Shown: positions 46,876-57,436 of the stretch, piece after piece
Position numbering within the stretch: the stretch's first letter is position 1
How the letters are laid out: every line of letters starts with the position of its first letter
From: a virus
Reading direction: 5' to 3' (one strand)
DNA length: 64,000 nt
IMG/VR virus record: IMGVR_UViG_3300036402_000303
Coordinates: 1-64,000 of that record
Notes under the pieces: generated by a model
The model's database searches: none
What the model was told of the DNA's origin: nothing
Seen by the model: only the letters and a program-made list of their open reading frames with translations
Position numbers and translations under genes: made by a program

Positions 46876-49800
46876 TGGCGACATCCCTGCAAACCATCCG
46901 ACGGATGACCATCGAAAGCCGCGCTGTCGGCGTCGATGAGACGTCGCAGAAGCTTGCCCGGTTGGGGCAGGCGCAGGACGCCGTTGCGGAATCGTCGGAG
47001 AAGGCCACCGCGCAAACCTCGGCCTATGAGCGCGCGCTGGACAGTCAGCGTCGCGCGCTAGACATGACCACTAGGCTAAGTGCTGAACTGGCGCGCGACC
47101 GTATGGCGATGAGCGCGCAGCTGCAGCAGCAGAACGCTATGCTTGTCGCAGCCAACGACAACAGCGCAAAAAGTTTCACTGTCATGGGCTTGGAGGCCGC
47201 GGAAGCCGCCAACCATCTGCGCGTCGCCGGCGAGGCCGCCTACTTGTTTTCTCCAGCCTTCCGGGAAGTCGTGAACGGCATGGCCGCGCCGGCCCTGCGA
47301 GGGGCGTCCGTGGCGCTGGTCGCCGTCGCCGGTGGCATCGTCACGGCCACCAACCTTGCCGGAACAGGCCTTGTCAAGCTGGGCACGTCGGCCGCGCTGG
47401 CCAGTACCGGCCTTACGCCGGTCGCCGCCAGCATCACTTCCGCCGGCCTCGCCATGCAGGCATTCAATCCCTCTGTCGCTGGAGTTGCCGCCACGATTCT
47501 AGGCAGATTGCTGCCCGCACTGCGCCTGCTCGGAACCGTCGGTCTCGTCGTCAACGCCGCGATGATGGTGGCGGACGCGTGGGAGCTCGGCGGCAAAAAG
47601 CTGGAAGAATACCGCAAGATCGCCGAGAAGGCCGCAGCGACGGACCTGTCGACCGCCTTCTTCCAGCGCATCACCAAGGCGGCTACCGACGCCAAGTTGC
47701 CGGTCGACGACCTGACGGCTTCTATGAGGAAGTTGTCCGAGGTCAGCGCCGAAAAGCTTGGCGGCAGCGATCTGCAGAACCGTCTCGACCAGTTGACCAA
47801 GGCCGGCAACTTCAAGGGCAATACCGGCGTCGGCCAGCTGGCCGCCGCCAACACCACCGAGGAAAAGTTCCGAGCAATCGTCTCCCTGGTCGACCAAGCC
47901 ATGCTGAAAGGCGAGCGTCTCGCCGCTCTGGACCTGACGTCGAAATTCCTCTCCCCGGCGACGCAAGAGGCACTGACCAAGGATAGCGAATACCTCGGCA
48001 AGATGCTGGCCTCGGCGGACAAGATCAGCGCCACCAAGCTGGTGTCGGATGAGGATATCGGCGCGGCGCTGGAGCTGCAAAACCGCTACGACGCCGCTGT
48101 CAAGATCCTGGAGACGCGCTGGCATCCGATACAGGACCTGCTCACGGCCGCCGGCGTTAAGATGCAGACAGCGTGGGTTGGCATCGTTGAGGCGGTTGCC
48201 ACCGCCGTCGACTGGATCACCCGACTGGTGATGAAGATCGGCGAAATTCCGCAGACTTTCTGGGATTATATAAAGAAAGGTGCCGCAGCATCGGTCAGTT
48301 TGGCAGTCGGAGCCGTGCCGGTGGTCGGGCCCGCCCTCAGCCTGGGCGCCCGCATTGCCACCAGCGGTGGCGAGGGCGACGTCGCTGCCGTCGACGAGAA
48401 GACCAAAGCTTACGGCCGGCTGGCGGCGGGGTTGCGCAATGTCAACGCCGTGCAGCAGAAGACAGCTGAAATCAACGCCATCCAATCTGCCGTCTGGAAG
48501 GATGCATCGAAGCCGATCGAGACCGCCACAAAAGCGGCCCTGGAGCACAAGGATGCGCTGATCCGCGCTATGGATGCCGTTGAAAAGTACATTCTCACGA
48601 CCGAGGCAGCCGCCAAGTCCGTGGGTGCCGGCGTGTTCGAACAGGAGAAGGCAAAGGTTGTCGCTCAATTAACCGCGGCTGCGCAGCGGGATGGCAAGAC
48701 CAACCTTGCACAATACGCGGCAGCCTGGGACGAGCTGGGCAACCGCGCCGGCGCAGCGGCGCAAAAGCTGGCGCTGGCCAACGCGCAGTCGCAGGCTGAT
48801 TTCGCCGGAAAAACCATGTTCATGTCGCCATCGGATCTGGCGGCTGCGAACGTGATGAAGAACATCTATGGCGACGCGTGGCAGTCGCACATGGACGACG
48901 CGCTTGCCAAACAAATCAAGATGAACAGCCTGTTGGGCGACGTAAAGAACACCGCCCAGCAGTTCGCGCAAACCTTCGTCCAGGGTCTTATGCAGGGCAA
49001 AAGCGGGATGGATGCGCTGGTCGCCGCTGCCGACCAGCTTGCCGGCAAACTCGCGAATGACGGCATCGCGAACCTGATGAGCCTCAATCCTGAACAAATG
49101 GGTGTGGGCGCGCTGCAGCTCGGCGCCTCGGCGCTGATCAGCATGTTCACCGGCGATCAAAAAGCCAAGAAGCAGCTCGAAGAGGCGAAGAAACAATGGG
49201 AGGGGATGACGAGTCAGGTCAACGCCTTCAACGCAGCAGCGGCCGGCGTCGATCTGGGACCTCTAACCAACGAACTGAACTCGCTGTTCTCCAGCTTTAG
49301 AACGTTGGCACATGCTGCCGCGGAAGCCCACGACGAGGCAGGCCGAACGAGGGTCGGCAATACGCTTTATAAGGGCGCGATGCGCGTTATCTCAGAATTT
49401 GAACGCGGCACCGATACGCTGAATCCGCTGCAGCAGTCGATCAAGGCTGTCAATGATGAGGCTGCCGGCCTGAAAGACACCCTTGCAGAGATTTCTGCGG
49501 CCAATCACTGGAGTTTTGACACGTCCGGGATCGACGCCGCGGTCAAGGTGAAGATTCAAAACCTCATCAAGAATGCAATGGATACGTTTACCGACAGCCT
49601 GACCTCGCGGCTCAACGCGGCCAACGGGCAGGGCTATCTCAATGACGCCACGGCGCTGGCCAAGCGGCGCCAGCAGGACCTGTCGGACGCGGCGATCCTC
49701 GGCAACGATCCGGCGCTGCTGGCGCAGATCTCCGCCGTTTTCCACGCTGAGGCGCAGAAGATCGTAAATGACGCCGGCCTGGTCGGCGCTGAGTTCGCCG

Positions 49801-50474
49801 ACTTCACCGCGCTGTTTCCGGATTTTGCCGGCGTGGTCACCGAATCCGCCGATGCGCTGGCCGCGGCCAACGACCGCTTCAAGGCGATGACGGAGACCAT
49901 CAACGACTATCTCGACAGCCTGCAGCTCGGCGACAAGTCGATCCTGAACCCGCAGGAACAGCTGAAGGCCGCGCAATCCCAGTTCAACGCCCAGCTGGCG
50001 CTGGCGCAATCCGGCAACGCCGATGCGATGGGGACCATCACGCAATATGCCTCGGCACTGCTGGATCAGGCCAAGGGTTTCTATGCATCGTCGGCGGGTT
50101 ACGGCGATGTCTACAGCGCGGTGACGGAAGCGCTTCGCGGCCTCACCGGTGGGCAGGGTGTGATTGCGGGCACCGGCGCAGCGATGCTGCAGCAGACCAG
50201 CCTGGCGGGTCCGCAGCTGCAGTCCAATGCCGCGCTCGCGGTCACGCAGCCACTTGCATCGCGGATCACCGCAAGCAACGACAACGGCCAGTATTTCGTC
50301 AATCTCGGCCAGCAGCTGGTGCAGGCCATGGCCGGTTGCTCGATGGGGGAAATCAGCGCGATGCGCGAGGAGAATGAAAAACTGCGCGCCGAGGTGCGGA
50401 ACCTGATCACGGCGGTGGAGGGCAACAGGCCGAGGGCGCCGCGGCCCTCGGCACGCACGGGGACGAACGGATGA
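46875..50474 (+). CDS. Prophage tail tape measure protein
   Basis: 1199 aa, Ala-rich helical, after chaperones. Confidence 0.9.
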   Translation: MATSLQTIRRMTIESRAVGVDETSQKLARLGQAQDAVAESSEKATAQTSAYERALDSQRRALDMTTRLSAELARDRMAMSAQLQQQNAMLVAANDNSAKSFTVMGLEAAEAANHLRVAGEAAYLFSPAFREVVNGMAAPALRGASVALVAVAGGIVTATNLAGTGLVKLGTSAALASTGLTPVAASITSAGLAMQAFNPSVAGVAATILGRLLPALRLLGTVGLVVNAAMMVADAWELGGKKLEEYRKIAEKAAATDLSTAFFQRITKAATDAKLPVDDLTASMRKLSEVSAEKLGGSDLQNRLDQLTKAGNFKGNTGVGQLAAANTTEEKFRAIVSLVDQAMLKGERLAALDLTSKFLSPATQEALTKDSEYLGKMLASADKISATKLVSDEDIGAALELQNRYDAAVKILETRWHPIQDLLTAAGVKMQTAWVGIVEAVATAVDWITRLVMKIGEIPQTFWDYIKKGAAASVSLAVGAVPVVGPALSLGARIATSGGEGDVAAVDEKTKAYGRLAAGLRNVNAVQQKTAEINAIQSAVWKDASKPIETATKAALEHKDALIRAMDAVEKYILTTEAAAKSVGAGVFEQEKAKVVAQLTAAAQRDGKTNLAQYAAAWDELGNRAGAAAQKLALANAQSQADFAGKTMFMSPSDLAAANVMKNIYGDAWQSHMDDALAKQIKMNSLLGDVKNTAQQFAQTFVQGLMQGKSGMDALVAAADQLAGKLANDGIANLMSLNPEQMGVGALQLGASALISMFTGDQKAKKQLEEAKKQWEGMTSQVNAFNAAAAGVDLGPLTNELNSLFSSFRTLAHAAAEAHDEAGRTRVGNTLYKGAMRVISEFERGTDTLNPLQQSIKAVNDEAAGLKDTLAEISAANHWSFDTSGIDAAVKVKIQNLIKNAMDTFTDSLTSRLNAANGQGYLNDATALAKRRQQDLSDAAILGNDPALLAQISAVFHAEAQKIVNDAGLVGAEFADFTALFPDFAGVVTESADALAAANDRFKAMTETINDYLDSLQLGDKSILNPQEQLKAAQSQFNAQLALAQSGNADAMGTITQYASALLDQAKGFYASSAGYGDVYSAVTEALRGLTGGQGVIAGTGAAMLQQTSLAGPQLQSNAALAVTQPLASRITASNDNGQYFVNLGQQLVQAMAGCSMGEISAMREENEKLRAEVRNLITAVEGNRPRAPRPSARTGTNG

Positions 50475-50486
50475 GCGCGCTGATTT

Positions 50487-50759
50487 CTAGTTTGGCTTCG
50501 TTTGGTCGCGAACTTCCCCGGTCCTTAGAATTGCCCGATCTAAGAGGTCGGAAAGGACCGATTTTGCCTCGTTCTGAATTTCTTCGGGATATTGGTCTAG
50601 CCCAGCTGCGAAGTCTGATTGGAGGGCCTGCAACAGGGCTTTCTGCTTCAACTGATCCGGATCGTTGCCCGCCATCGCGAATAGAAGGCCCATTGTGCAG
50701 ATGGCCATGGCTTCGCTCGCCGCGAGACGCGCGATCACCTGTTTCTCAAAATTACTCAT
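50487..50759 (-). CDS. Small moron protein
   Basis: GGGGGA RBS, antisense within tail operon. Confidence 0.65.
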   Translation of the reverse strand: MSNFEKQVIARLAASEAMAICTMGLLFAMAGNDPDQLKQKALLQALQSDFAAGLDQYPEEIQNEAKSVLSDLLDRAILRTGEVRDQTKPN

Positions 50760-50826
50760 GTTCCGTCCCCCCTCGTGAGATCCCCGAGTCTGGTGGTGCT
50801 GGCGGCTCTGTCAAGAGTGACGGCGG

Positions 50827-51219
50827 ATGAGCGCGACCAGCTACGCCCGCCGCAAGATCGTCGATGATCTCACCGGCGTTGCTTCCTATTCACCGCCGCC
50901 GCTGTGGCTGTCACTGCATACCGCCGATCCTGGTGTCAGCGGCTCGCACGCCTTCGAAGTCAGCGGCGGCGGCTATGCGCGCCAGCCGCTGGCCGGCGTC
51001 ATGGGCGCGGCGGACGCCGACGGGATCAGCGTCAATACCACTGTGATCAATTTCGGGCCGGCCAGCGCCGACTGGGGCACCATCATCTATCTCGCGATCG
51101 AGGATGCCGCCACGGGCGGCAACATGATGTCTCCCGGCGTACCGGCGATGCCGCGCACCATCACCTCGGGACAACCGCTGCAGATCCCGGTCGGCCGGCT
51201 GCGGCTGCGACTGACCTGA
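50827..51219 (+). CDS. Tail protein
   Basis: LHTADPG...EVSGGGYAR motif. Confidence 0.75.
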   Translation: MSATSYARRKIVDDLTGVASYSPPPLWLSLHTADPGVSGSHAFEVSGGGYARQPLAGVMGAADADGISVNTTVINFGPASADWGTIIYLAIEDAATGGNMMSPGVPAMPRTITSGQPLQIPVGRLRLRLT

Positions 51220-51277
51220 CCACTCTCATTTCTCCAACCTCAATCCGCGGCTCTCCAGCTTCTGAAAAGGAAAACCT

Positions 51278-51709
51278 ATGTCCAAGGGCGACACTTTCGA
51301 AAACGATCTCATGAAGCTGATCTTCAACGCCACGGCGATCGCCAACATCGCGGACAACGCGGCATCCTCGCCGCTGACCAGCCTCTATGTCGCCCTGCAC
51401 ACCGCCGATCCCGGCGAGGCGGGTGTCCAGACCACCAGCGAAATCTCCTACACCGGCTATGCCCGCGTGGCGGTGTTGCGCACATCAGGTGGCTGGACGA
51501 TCGTCGGCAACAGCGTATCGCCCGTGGCCGATATCTCGTTTCCGATTTCGACCGGCGGCACCGGTGGCACCGCGACCCATGCGTCCGTTGGCGTGGCCGC
51601 CAGCGGCGGCAGCAAAATTCTTTATAGCGGTGCGCTGTCGCCGAACATCGTGGTCACCACCGGCGTCACGCCGATTATCACCACGGGTTCCTCCATTTCC
51701 GAGGACTGA
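51278..51709 (+). CDS. Tail protein, paralog of previous gene
   Basis: LHTADPG...E.SYTGYAR motif. Confidence 0.75.
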   Translation: MSKGDTFENDLMKLIFNATAIANIADNAASSPLTSLYVALHTADPGEAGVQTTSEISYTGYARVAVLRTSGGWTIVGNSVSPVADISFPISTGGTGGTATHASVGVAASGGSKILYSGALSPNIVVTTGVTPIITTGSSISED

Positions 51710-51743
51710 TCGGTCCTTCAACCCCTCTTAAAGGGAGGGACCG

Positions 51744-52475
51744 ATGTTTCTCAGGGGTCCGTTTACACAATTTCCGTTCCTGGATGCCGGCGCGCGCGGT
51801 GCGCAGCTGGTCGCAGCCAGCACGTCCGTTGTCGCTTTCGTCGGCAGCTCCGGCGGCACGATCTGGAACGCGTCCGGAACCGGCACGGCGTCGTTCCGCG
51901 GCAGCTCCGGCGCGGTGTGGTCGGCAAACGGGACCGGTAGCAGCGTCCTTAAGGCCGCCTCCGGCGCGCGGCTGACAGCAGCTGGTACCGGTTCGACCGC
52001 CTTTAAGGCGGCTTCCGGCGCACGGCTCTCCGCGGCCGGCAGCGGCGCGGCGCTGTTTCGGTACGGCGTCAAGTTCACGATGCCGGGCGCTGCCACGTCG
52101 GCGCTCAAGGGTGCGGCAGGCGCGCGTTGGTCCGCGGCCGGTACTGGCAGCACAAGCTTCAAGGCGGCGGCCGGCGCGCGGCTGTCGGCGGCTGGTTTGG
52201 CCACAAGTTCGCTCAAGGCGTCATCGGGCGCGCGCTGGGCGCCAGCTGGCGCGGGCTCTACTACCTTCCGCGGCTCTACCGGCGCGCGGCTGCTCGCGGC
52301 AGGGCAGGCGTCCTCGCTGCTGTTCAGTGCCGGCGGCACCCGCTGGATCGCGACCTACAGCTCTACGGCGATCTTCGCCGGCTCCACCGCCTGGGACGTC
52401 ATGCTGTCCGACGACCATGCGCCGATCGCCTATTTCGCCGAAATTGAGCCCTGGGTTCTTACCGACAGGTCCTGA
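51744..52475 (+). CDS. Tail-associated protein with ~18-aa repeats
   Basis: SGAR(L/W)xAAGxGSxxFKA repeated about nine times. Confidence 0.7.
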   Translation: MFLRGPFTQFPFLDAGARGAQLVAASTSVVAFVGSSGGTIWNASGTGTASFRGSSGAVWSANGTGSSVLKAASGARLTAAGTGSTAFKAASGARLSAAGSGAALFRYGVKFTMPGAATSALKGAAGARWSAAGTGSTSFKAAAGARLSAAGLATSSLKASSGARWAPAGAGSTTFRGSTGARLLAAGQASSLLFSAGGTRWIATYSSTAIFAGSTAWDVMLSDDHAPIAYFAEIEPWVLTDRS

Positions 52476-54064
52476 TGATGTTCTCCGGCTATCCCATCAG
52501 CTCACAGCCCTTGTCCGCCAGCGGACGGGAGATGCGCGTCTATTTCGACATGGGGCTCGATCTCGGCGCGGACCTGACGCTGAAGATCTATGTCACCACA
52601 GCTGCAGGCTATGCCACGCTGCCGACGGATTCACCTGCGAGCCAGCCGTTCAAGGGCGTGCTGAAAAGCTTTTCATTTCAGCGCTCGATCATGCAGGGGG
52701 ACATCGGCCAGTTCGCTACCGGCACGGGTACGCTGGTGATCTCCAACGACGACGCGGATTATGACTATCTGCCGCTGAGCTACGCGATCGACGGGCGCCC
52801 GATCACGATCCGGGTCGGGAGGCGCGACGGCTCCTATGCCGACACCTTCCGGCTGGCGCGGCTGACGGCGAGCGGCTGGAAAATCGGCGTCGATAACATC
52901 ACCATCAATCTGGTCGACTTCAGCTACAAGCTCGAAGTGCCGATGCAGACCAACGTCTATGGCGGGACGGGTGGCGTCGATGGCGGCGCGGACTTGGCCG
53001 GTAAACGCAAGCCGCTGTGCTTTGGCAGCACCCTGAACGTCACCGCGGTGTTCCTGGTTCCGAACCTTTTCATCTACCAGGTGCATGACGGCGCGGTGCA
53101 GGCGATCGACGTCGTCTATATCAGGGGCATCGCGCTGACGCTGGGTTCCAACTATGCGAATTACGCGGCGCTCGTGGCAGCCGCGGTTCCGTTCGGTCAG
53201 TACGCAACCTGCACAGCACTGGGCCTGTTCAAGCTTTCGGTGGCCGCCGATGGCCAGGTCACGGCCGACGTCAGGGGCGACACGCTCGACGGTTATATCG
53301 TCAGGACTGCGGATATCGTGCGCTGGGCGCTGCGACACCGGACGGTGCTCCTCGATCCCGACGATCTCGACACCGCTTCCTTCGCGGCGGTGAACGCGGC
53401 GCAGCCGGCGCCGATCAATTATTTTCTCGGGCCCGACGACAATCTGACCGTGGCGGCCTTCATCGAGAACATCATGGGCGGCATCGGCGGCTGGGGTGGC
53501 CACAAGCTCGACGGCACTTTCGAGGTTCGCATCTTCCGCGCGCCCGCCGGCAACCCGCTGGCGCGCTTCAACCGCGGCGACATGGTCGGCGACGGCGATA
53601 TCGAACGCGACGAACTGCCTGCGGCTTACAACCCGCCGCGCTGGCGCTGGCGCGTGATCTATGCGCGGAACTGGACCGTGCAGCCCGATCTGTCCGGCAA
53701 CGTCACGGCCGCCCACAAGGCCTTCGTCGCCGAGCCCTATCGCCTGGCGGACGCGACCAGCACCACCATCCGGACCGATCATCCGTTCGCCCAGGATCGC
53801 GATCCGGTACCCTCGTACTTTTCGCTCAAGGCCGATGCCGACGCGGAAGCGGCGCGGCTGATCGCGCTGTTCAAGACGACGCGGGCGATTTACCGCTTTC
53901 CGGTTCCCCGCCGCGGCCTGCGCCGCGACATAGGAGACGAAATCGAGGTGACGCACCCCCGCTTCGATCTCACCCAGGGACGCAACATGATCGTGGTCGA
54001 AACCGGCGTCAAAGTCGTGACCTCGGCCGATATCGATACTGTCGAGATGTCGGCTTATGGCTAA
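52475..54064 (+). CDS. Tail tip/hub protein
   Basis: G..KPLCFG...N motif; position. Confidence 0.75.
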   Translation: MMFSGYPISSQPLSASGREMRVYFDMGLDLGADLTLKIYVTTAAGYATLPTDSPASQPFKGVLKSFSFQRSIMQGDIGQFATGTGTLVISNDDADYDYLPLSYAIDGRPITIRVGRRDGSYADTFRLARLTASGWKIGVDNITINLVDFSYKLEVPMQTNVYGGTGGVDGGADLAGKRKPLCFGSTLNVTAVFLVPNLFIYQVHDGAVQAIDVVYIRGIALTLGSNYANYAALVAAAVPFGQYATCTALGLFKLSVAADGQVTADVRGDTLDGYIVRTADIVRWALRHRTVLLDPDDLDTASFAAVNAAQPAPINYFLGPDDNLTVAAFIENIMGGIGGWGGHKLDGTFEVRIFRAPAGNPLARFNRGDMVGDGDIERDELPAAYNPPRWRWRVIYARNWTVQPDLSGNVTAAHKAFVAEPYRLADATSTTIRTDHPFAQDRDPVPSYFSLKADADAEAARLIALFKTTRAIYRFPVPRRGLRRDIGDEIEVTHPRFDLTQGRNMIVVETGVKVVTSADIDTVEMSAYG

Positions 54065-54839
54065 TTGCAGCATCCTCATCGACAACCTCGCCGATGACGG
54101 GACGGTGGCGGCTTCCAGCCAGGAGCTGACCATGCCGGCGTCCAACCTGAAGACGCCGCACCCCTCGATCCGCTGGCGCAGCCGCTCCAGCGCCGACTGG
54201 TTCGTGCTCGACAAGGGTAGCGTCCGCGTCGCCGATATCGTGATGGTGGGCGGTCTAACGTGCGGCCCCAACGCCACGGTGCGGTTGCGGCTGTCCTCGA
54301 TCGACGCGGCGGGGGTAGCCGCCGACATCCTGGACACGGGTCCGATCGCCAACGGCGATCGGCATTTCGACATCGAATATGGCTCGTTCGTCTGGCAATT
54401 GGCGGCCCCTGACGCATGGCGCTACCAGCGCTTCGATATCAGCGATCCCGATGCGGATTTCGTCCAAGCCGGCAGCGTGGTCGACGGCCTCTCCGATACC
54501 TTCCAGTATAATTTTGCCCCGGGCGGATCAATCCAGCATGTCGATCGCAGCCGGGTGGCAGGAACGTCTTCCGGTATCACGCTGACCTGGGACGACAACA
54601 CCTTCCGCCGGATCGACCTGTCGTTCGACTGGGTGACGGCCGCGCAGCGCTATGGCGTGATCGAGCGGCTCGACCGCGTCAAGGGCCGCAAGCGCAACGT
54701 GCTGCTGATCACGGATCCGGAAAGCGACAACCTGCCGCGGGATTCGATTTACGGCCTGGTGACCGAGCAGACGCCGATCAACTTCGGGCCGGTGTTCGAC
54801 ATTTTCGGCAAGCAGCTGCGCATCGACGAGAGGATCTAG
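54057..54839 (+). CDS. Tail protein
   Basis: NL...HPS..WRS motif; position. Confidence 0.7.
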   Translation: MANCSILIDNLADDGTVAASSQELTMPASNLKTPHPSIRWRSRSSADWFVLDKGSVRVADIVMVGGLTCGPNATVRLRLSSIDAAGVAADILDTGPIANGDRHFDIEYGSFVWQLAAPDAWRYQRFDISDPDADFVQAGSVVDGLSDTFQYNFAPGGSIQHVDRSRVAGTSSGITLTWDDNTFRRIDLSFDWVTAAQRYGVIERLDRVKGRKRNVLLITDPESDNLPRDSIYGLVTEQTPINFGPVFDIFGKQLRIDERI

Positions 54840-54841
54840 AG

Positions 54842-55066
54842 GTGAGGCCGGAACAAGAGCAACACGACGATCACTGTATGATGCGTGAGTTTTACATTCG
54901 TCTCACACGCGAACGGCGGCGAGACCGTCTCTGGTACCGCGGGACGGTGTCGAGGATGACGCAGCTGAACCAACTCGCCCGACGTGGCGATGCCGCTTGC
55001 TATGGCTGGCTCAAGGATTTCTGGCGAAGGCAGCTGACTGCTTCGAAACTTCAAAGGACCTGCTGA
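54842..55066 (+). CDS. Small hypothetical protein
   Basis: Coupled between tail genes. Confidence 0.5.
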   Translation: MRPEQEQHDDHCMMREFYIRLTRERRRDRLWYRGTVSRMTQLNQLARRGDAACYGWLKDFWRRQLTASKLQRTC

Positions 55067-55929
55067 TGGCCTTCATTCCGCCGAAGGACCGGGTGCTCGA
55101 GCGTTCGACCTCGAACAGCCAGTCCGTGTTCACCGTGACCGGTGCGGCCGACTCCTCGTTTAACGCCTTCAGCGCCTCGATGGCGGTCGGCGATTTCACG
55201 ACCGGAGGCGTGGTGGAAGCGGGCGTCGCTTTCAAATCGGGCAAGCTGACCTATACCGCGACTAACGAGATTACCATCGACAGCACCGGGTTCGAAAGCA
55301 AAGGCACCTTCTCGCCCGGCGGCGTCAAGGAAGTGTTCATGGGGCTTCCGGGCTCGCGCGCGCCGCTGCTCGATCGCCCCGCCAGCTTCACCGATACGAC
55401 CGATGCGTCGTCTTCAAGCGCTGGCGGCGCCTTCACCATCGCGGGCGGCCTTGCCGTTGCCAAGAAGCTCTACGCCGGCGCGGCGTCGTTCTTTACGGGC
55501 ATTGCGTCGTTTTTGAACGCGACGGCCTCGACGTCGACCACGACAGGCGCTGTGGTGATCGCTGGCGGCTTGGGTGTCGGCGGGCAGGTTACGGCAAACA
55601 ATTTTGTCGGGACGGCCTCGCCTTTCACGCTGGACGGTAGCCCTCAAGTCGGCGTGAATGTCACGGCTGGCAGCAGCGGGATAATCATGCCCGTCAGTCA
55701 ATATGCCCTGCTGTTCATTGCCGAGCAGACGTCGATCGGCGCGACGGCGTTTGTGATGATCACTAACACTGTCGCGACCATCGTATCGCAATCTAATCCG
55801 GGTCAGTACATTACTGGCACGTCTCCCGGCAGCGTCTTTTCTATCGGCCAGGACGGCACGAATTTCAGGATCTACAACGGGACCGCCGCGTCGCACTTGT
55901 TCAAGTGCCTTATCATTCGCGCGGCCTAA
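55066..55929 (+). CDS. Tail fiber/receptor-binding protein 1
   Basis: DRVLE.ST N-terminal anchor; STTTGAVVIAGGLGV repeats. Confidence 0.7.
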   Translation: MAFIPPKDRVLERSTSNSQSVFTVTGAADSSFNAFSASMAVGDFTTGGVVEAGVAFKSGKLTYTATNEITIDSTGFESKGTFSPGGVKEVFMGLPGSRAPLLDRPASFTDTTDASSSSAGGAFTIAGGLAVAKKLYAGAASFFTGIASFLNATASTSTTTGAVVIAGGLGVGGQVTANNFVGTASPFTLDGSPQVGVNVTAGSSGIIMPVSQYALLFIAEQTSIGATAFVMITNTVATIVSQSNPGQYITGTSPGSVFSIGQDGTNFRIYNGTAASHLFKCLIIRAA

Positions 55930-55942
55930 CAGGGGGAAGCAC

Positions 55943-56269
55943 ATGGCACTAGCACTTGGCACGGAAAGCGTCGTCGTGACGTCGCAGGAGCGGACCTGGC
56001 GCATCAACATCGAGACGCCGCTCGGCGGCGATCCGGTTGTGACGATATATCGCGAGACGGTGCGGACCGCGGTGGATGGAACCCTGATTTCCAGAGAGAC
56101 GGCTGCGGGTGTCTCCCGCTCGCTGTCGGATGTCGCCGCGCAATCATTGTCGGTTGCCGGCAACAAATACACCACGGCGGAAATCGCAGGCGTTATCGCG
56201 GCCATTGCCGACACTTGGCGGCAGGAAGATATCGACGCGGCGGCGGCCGCCGTGCGGCCGGGAGCCTGA
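55943..56269 (+). CDS. Fiber-associated protein
   Basis: GGGGA RBS, position. Confidence 0.6.
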   Translation: MALALGTESVVVTSQERTWRINIETPLGGDPVVTIYRETVRTAVDGTLISRETAAGVSRSLSDVAAQSLSVAGNKYTTAEIAGVIAAIADTWRQEDIDAAAAAVRPGA

Positions 56270-56274
56270 CACCG

Positions 56275-57432
56275 ATGGCATTCGTTCGTCCCCGCGCGCG
56301 CATCCTCGAAATCTCGACCACGTCCGGCAACGGCCCCTATACGGTGCCCGGTGCCGGCGTCGATCTGTCCCACAACAGTTTTGCGTCGTTCATGAACGTC
56401 GGCGACAGCACGGAAGGCTATGTTGCCGAGCCTGGCGTTGCGATGTGGACGGGGATCCTTACCCGTAGCGCGACCAACCAGATCACATTGACGGCGGTCG
56501 AAGAGGCCAAGGGCACCTTCGGCGCCGGCACCAAGGAGATCGGGGCCAGCCCCCTGGCATCGAGGGCGATGCTTCGCGAGGACATTGCTGGCGCGATCGT
56601 GACCGGCGGTAACGCCGTCAACTATACCGTGTCGAGCTATCGGAAATATTCAACGCTGGCGGAACTCGATGGCAACATCATTGCCTTCACGCCGCACGCT
56701 ACAAACACCGGATTATGCCAGCTCAGTGTGGACGGCATTGGCTTCAGGCCAATGCGCGCCGTGCCGGGGGTCGAGTTGTTTGCCGGCACGTTGATTCAGG
56801 GCACGCCCTACCTGGTGCTCTACAACAACACCGACCAGGTGTTTTATCTGCACGGCATGTTCGGTAATCGGTACAATGTCCCGCTGTTCGGCGGCATGGA
56901 CTACTGGGACACGATCGCTCCGAACAGCGCGTTTATTTTCCCCGCAGGGCAGGCGATAAGCCGAACCGTCTACGCCGCTGCCTTTGCTCGTTGGGGGACG
57001 ACGTATGGTCCGGGCGATGGATCGACGACTTTCAACGTGCCGGATAAGACCGGCCGCGTTTCAGCAATGAAGGAAGCGACGGCGACGCGGCTGACGTCGA
57101 CTCATTTCGGGGGAAATTCGGTGAATCTTGGGGCGGTTGGCGGCTCTGAAAGCCACACACTGACGACTGCCCAACTCGCCTCGCATACGCACGTCAACAC
57201 ATTGATCGATCCGGGGCATGTGCACGCCGAGGGCGCAGATAGTGGTTCAGGTGGGCTTGGCGGTAGAATCGTCGGCACCACGGGTAGCGGAACTAATTCT
57301 GTGGGTAACGGGAATACAACTCAAGCCGCCAATACCGGGATCACGATCACCAATGCCGCTCAGGGTGGCGGTGCTGCTCATCCCAACGTGCCGCCGACCA
57401 TCATCTGCAATTACATCATACGGGTAATATGA
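56275..57432 (+). CDS. Tail fiber protein 2 with collar domain
   Basis: GQAISRT.YA...GDGSTTFNVPD..GR, HPNVPP..I.NYII motifs. Confidence 0.85.
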   Translation: MAFVRPRARILEISTTSGNGPYTVPGAGVDLSHNSFASFMNVGDSTEGYVAEPGVAMWTGILTRSATNQITLTAVEEAKGTFGAGTKEIGASPLASRAMLREDIAGAIVTGGNAVNYTVSSYRKYSTLAELDGNIIAFTPHATNTGLCQLSVDGIGFRPMRAVPGVELFAGTLIQGTPYLVLYNNTDQVFYLHGMFGNRYNVPLFGGMDYWDTIAPNSAFIFPAGQAISRTVYAAAFARWGTTYGPGDGSTTFNVPDKTGRVSAMKEATATRLTSTHFGGNSVNLGAVGGSESHTLTTAQLASHTHVNTLIDPGHVHAEGADSGSGGLGGRIVGTTGSGTNSVGNGNTTQAANTGITITNAAQGGGAAHPNVPPTIICNYIIRVI

Positions 57433-57436
57433 GCGC

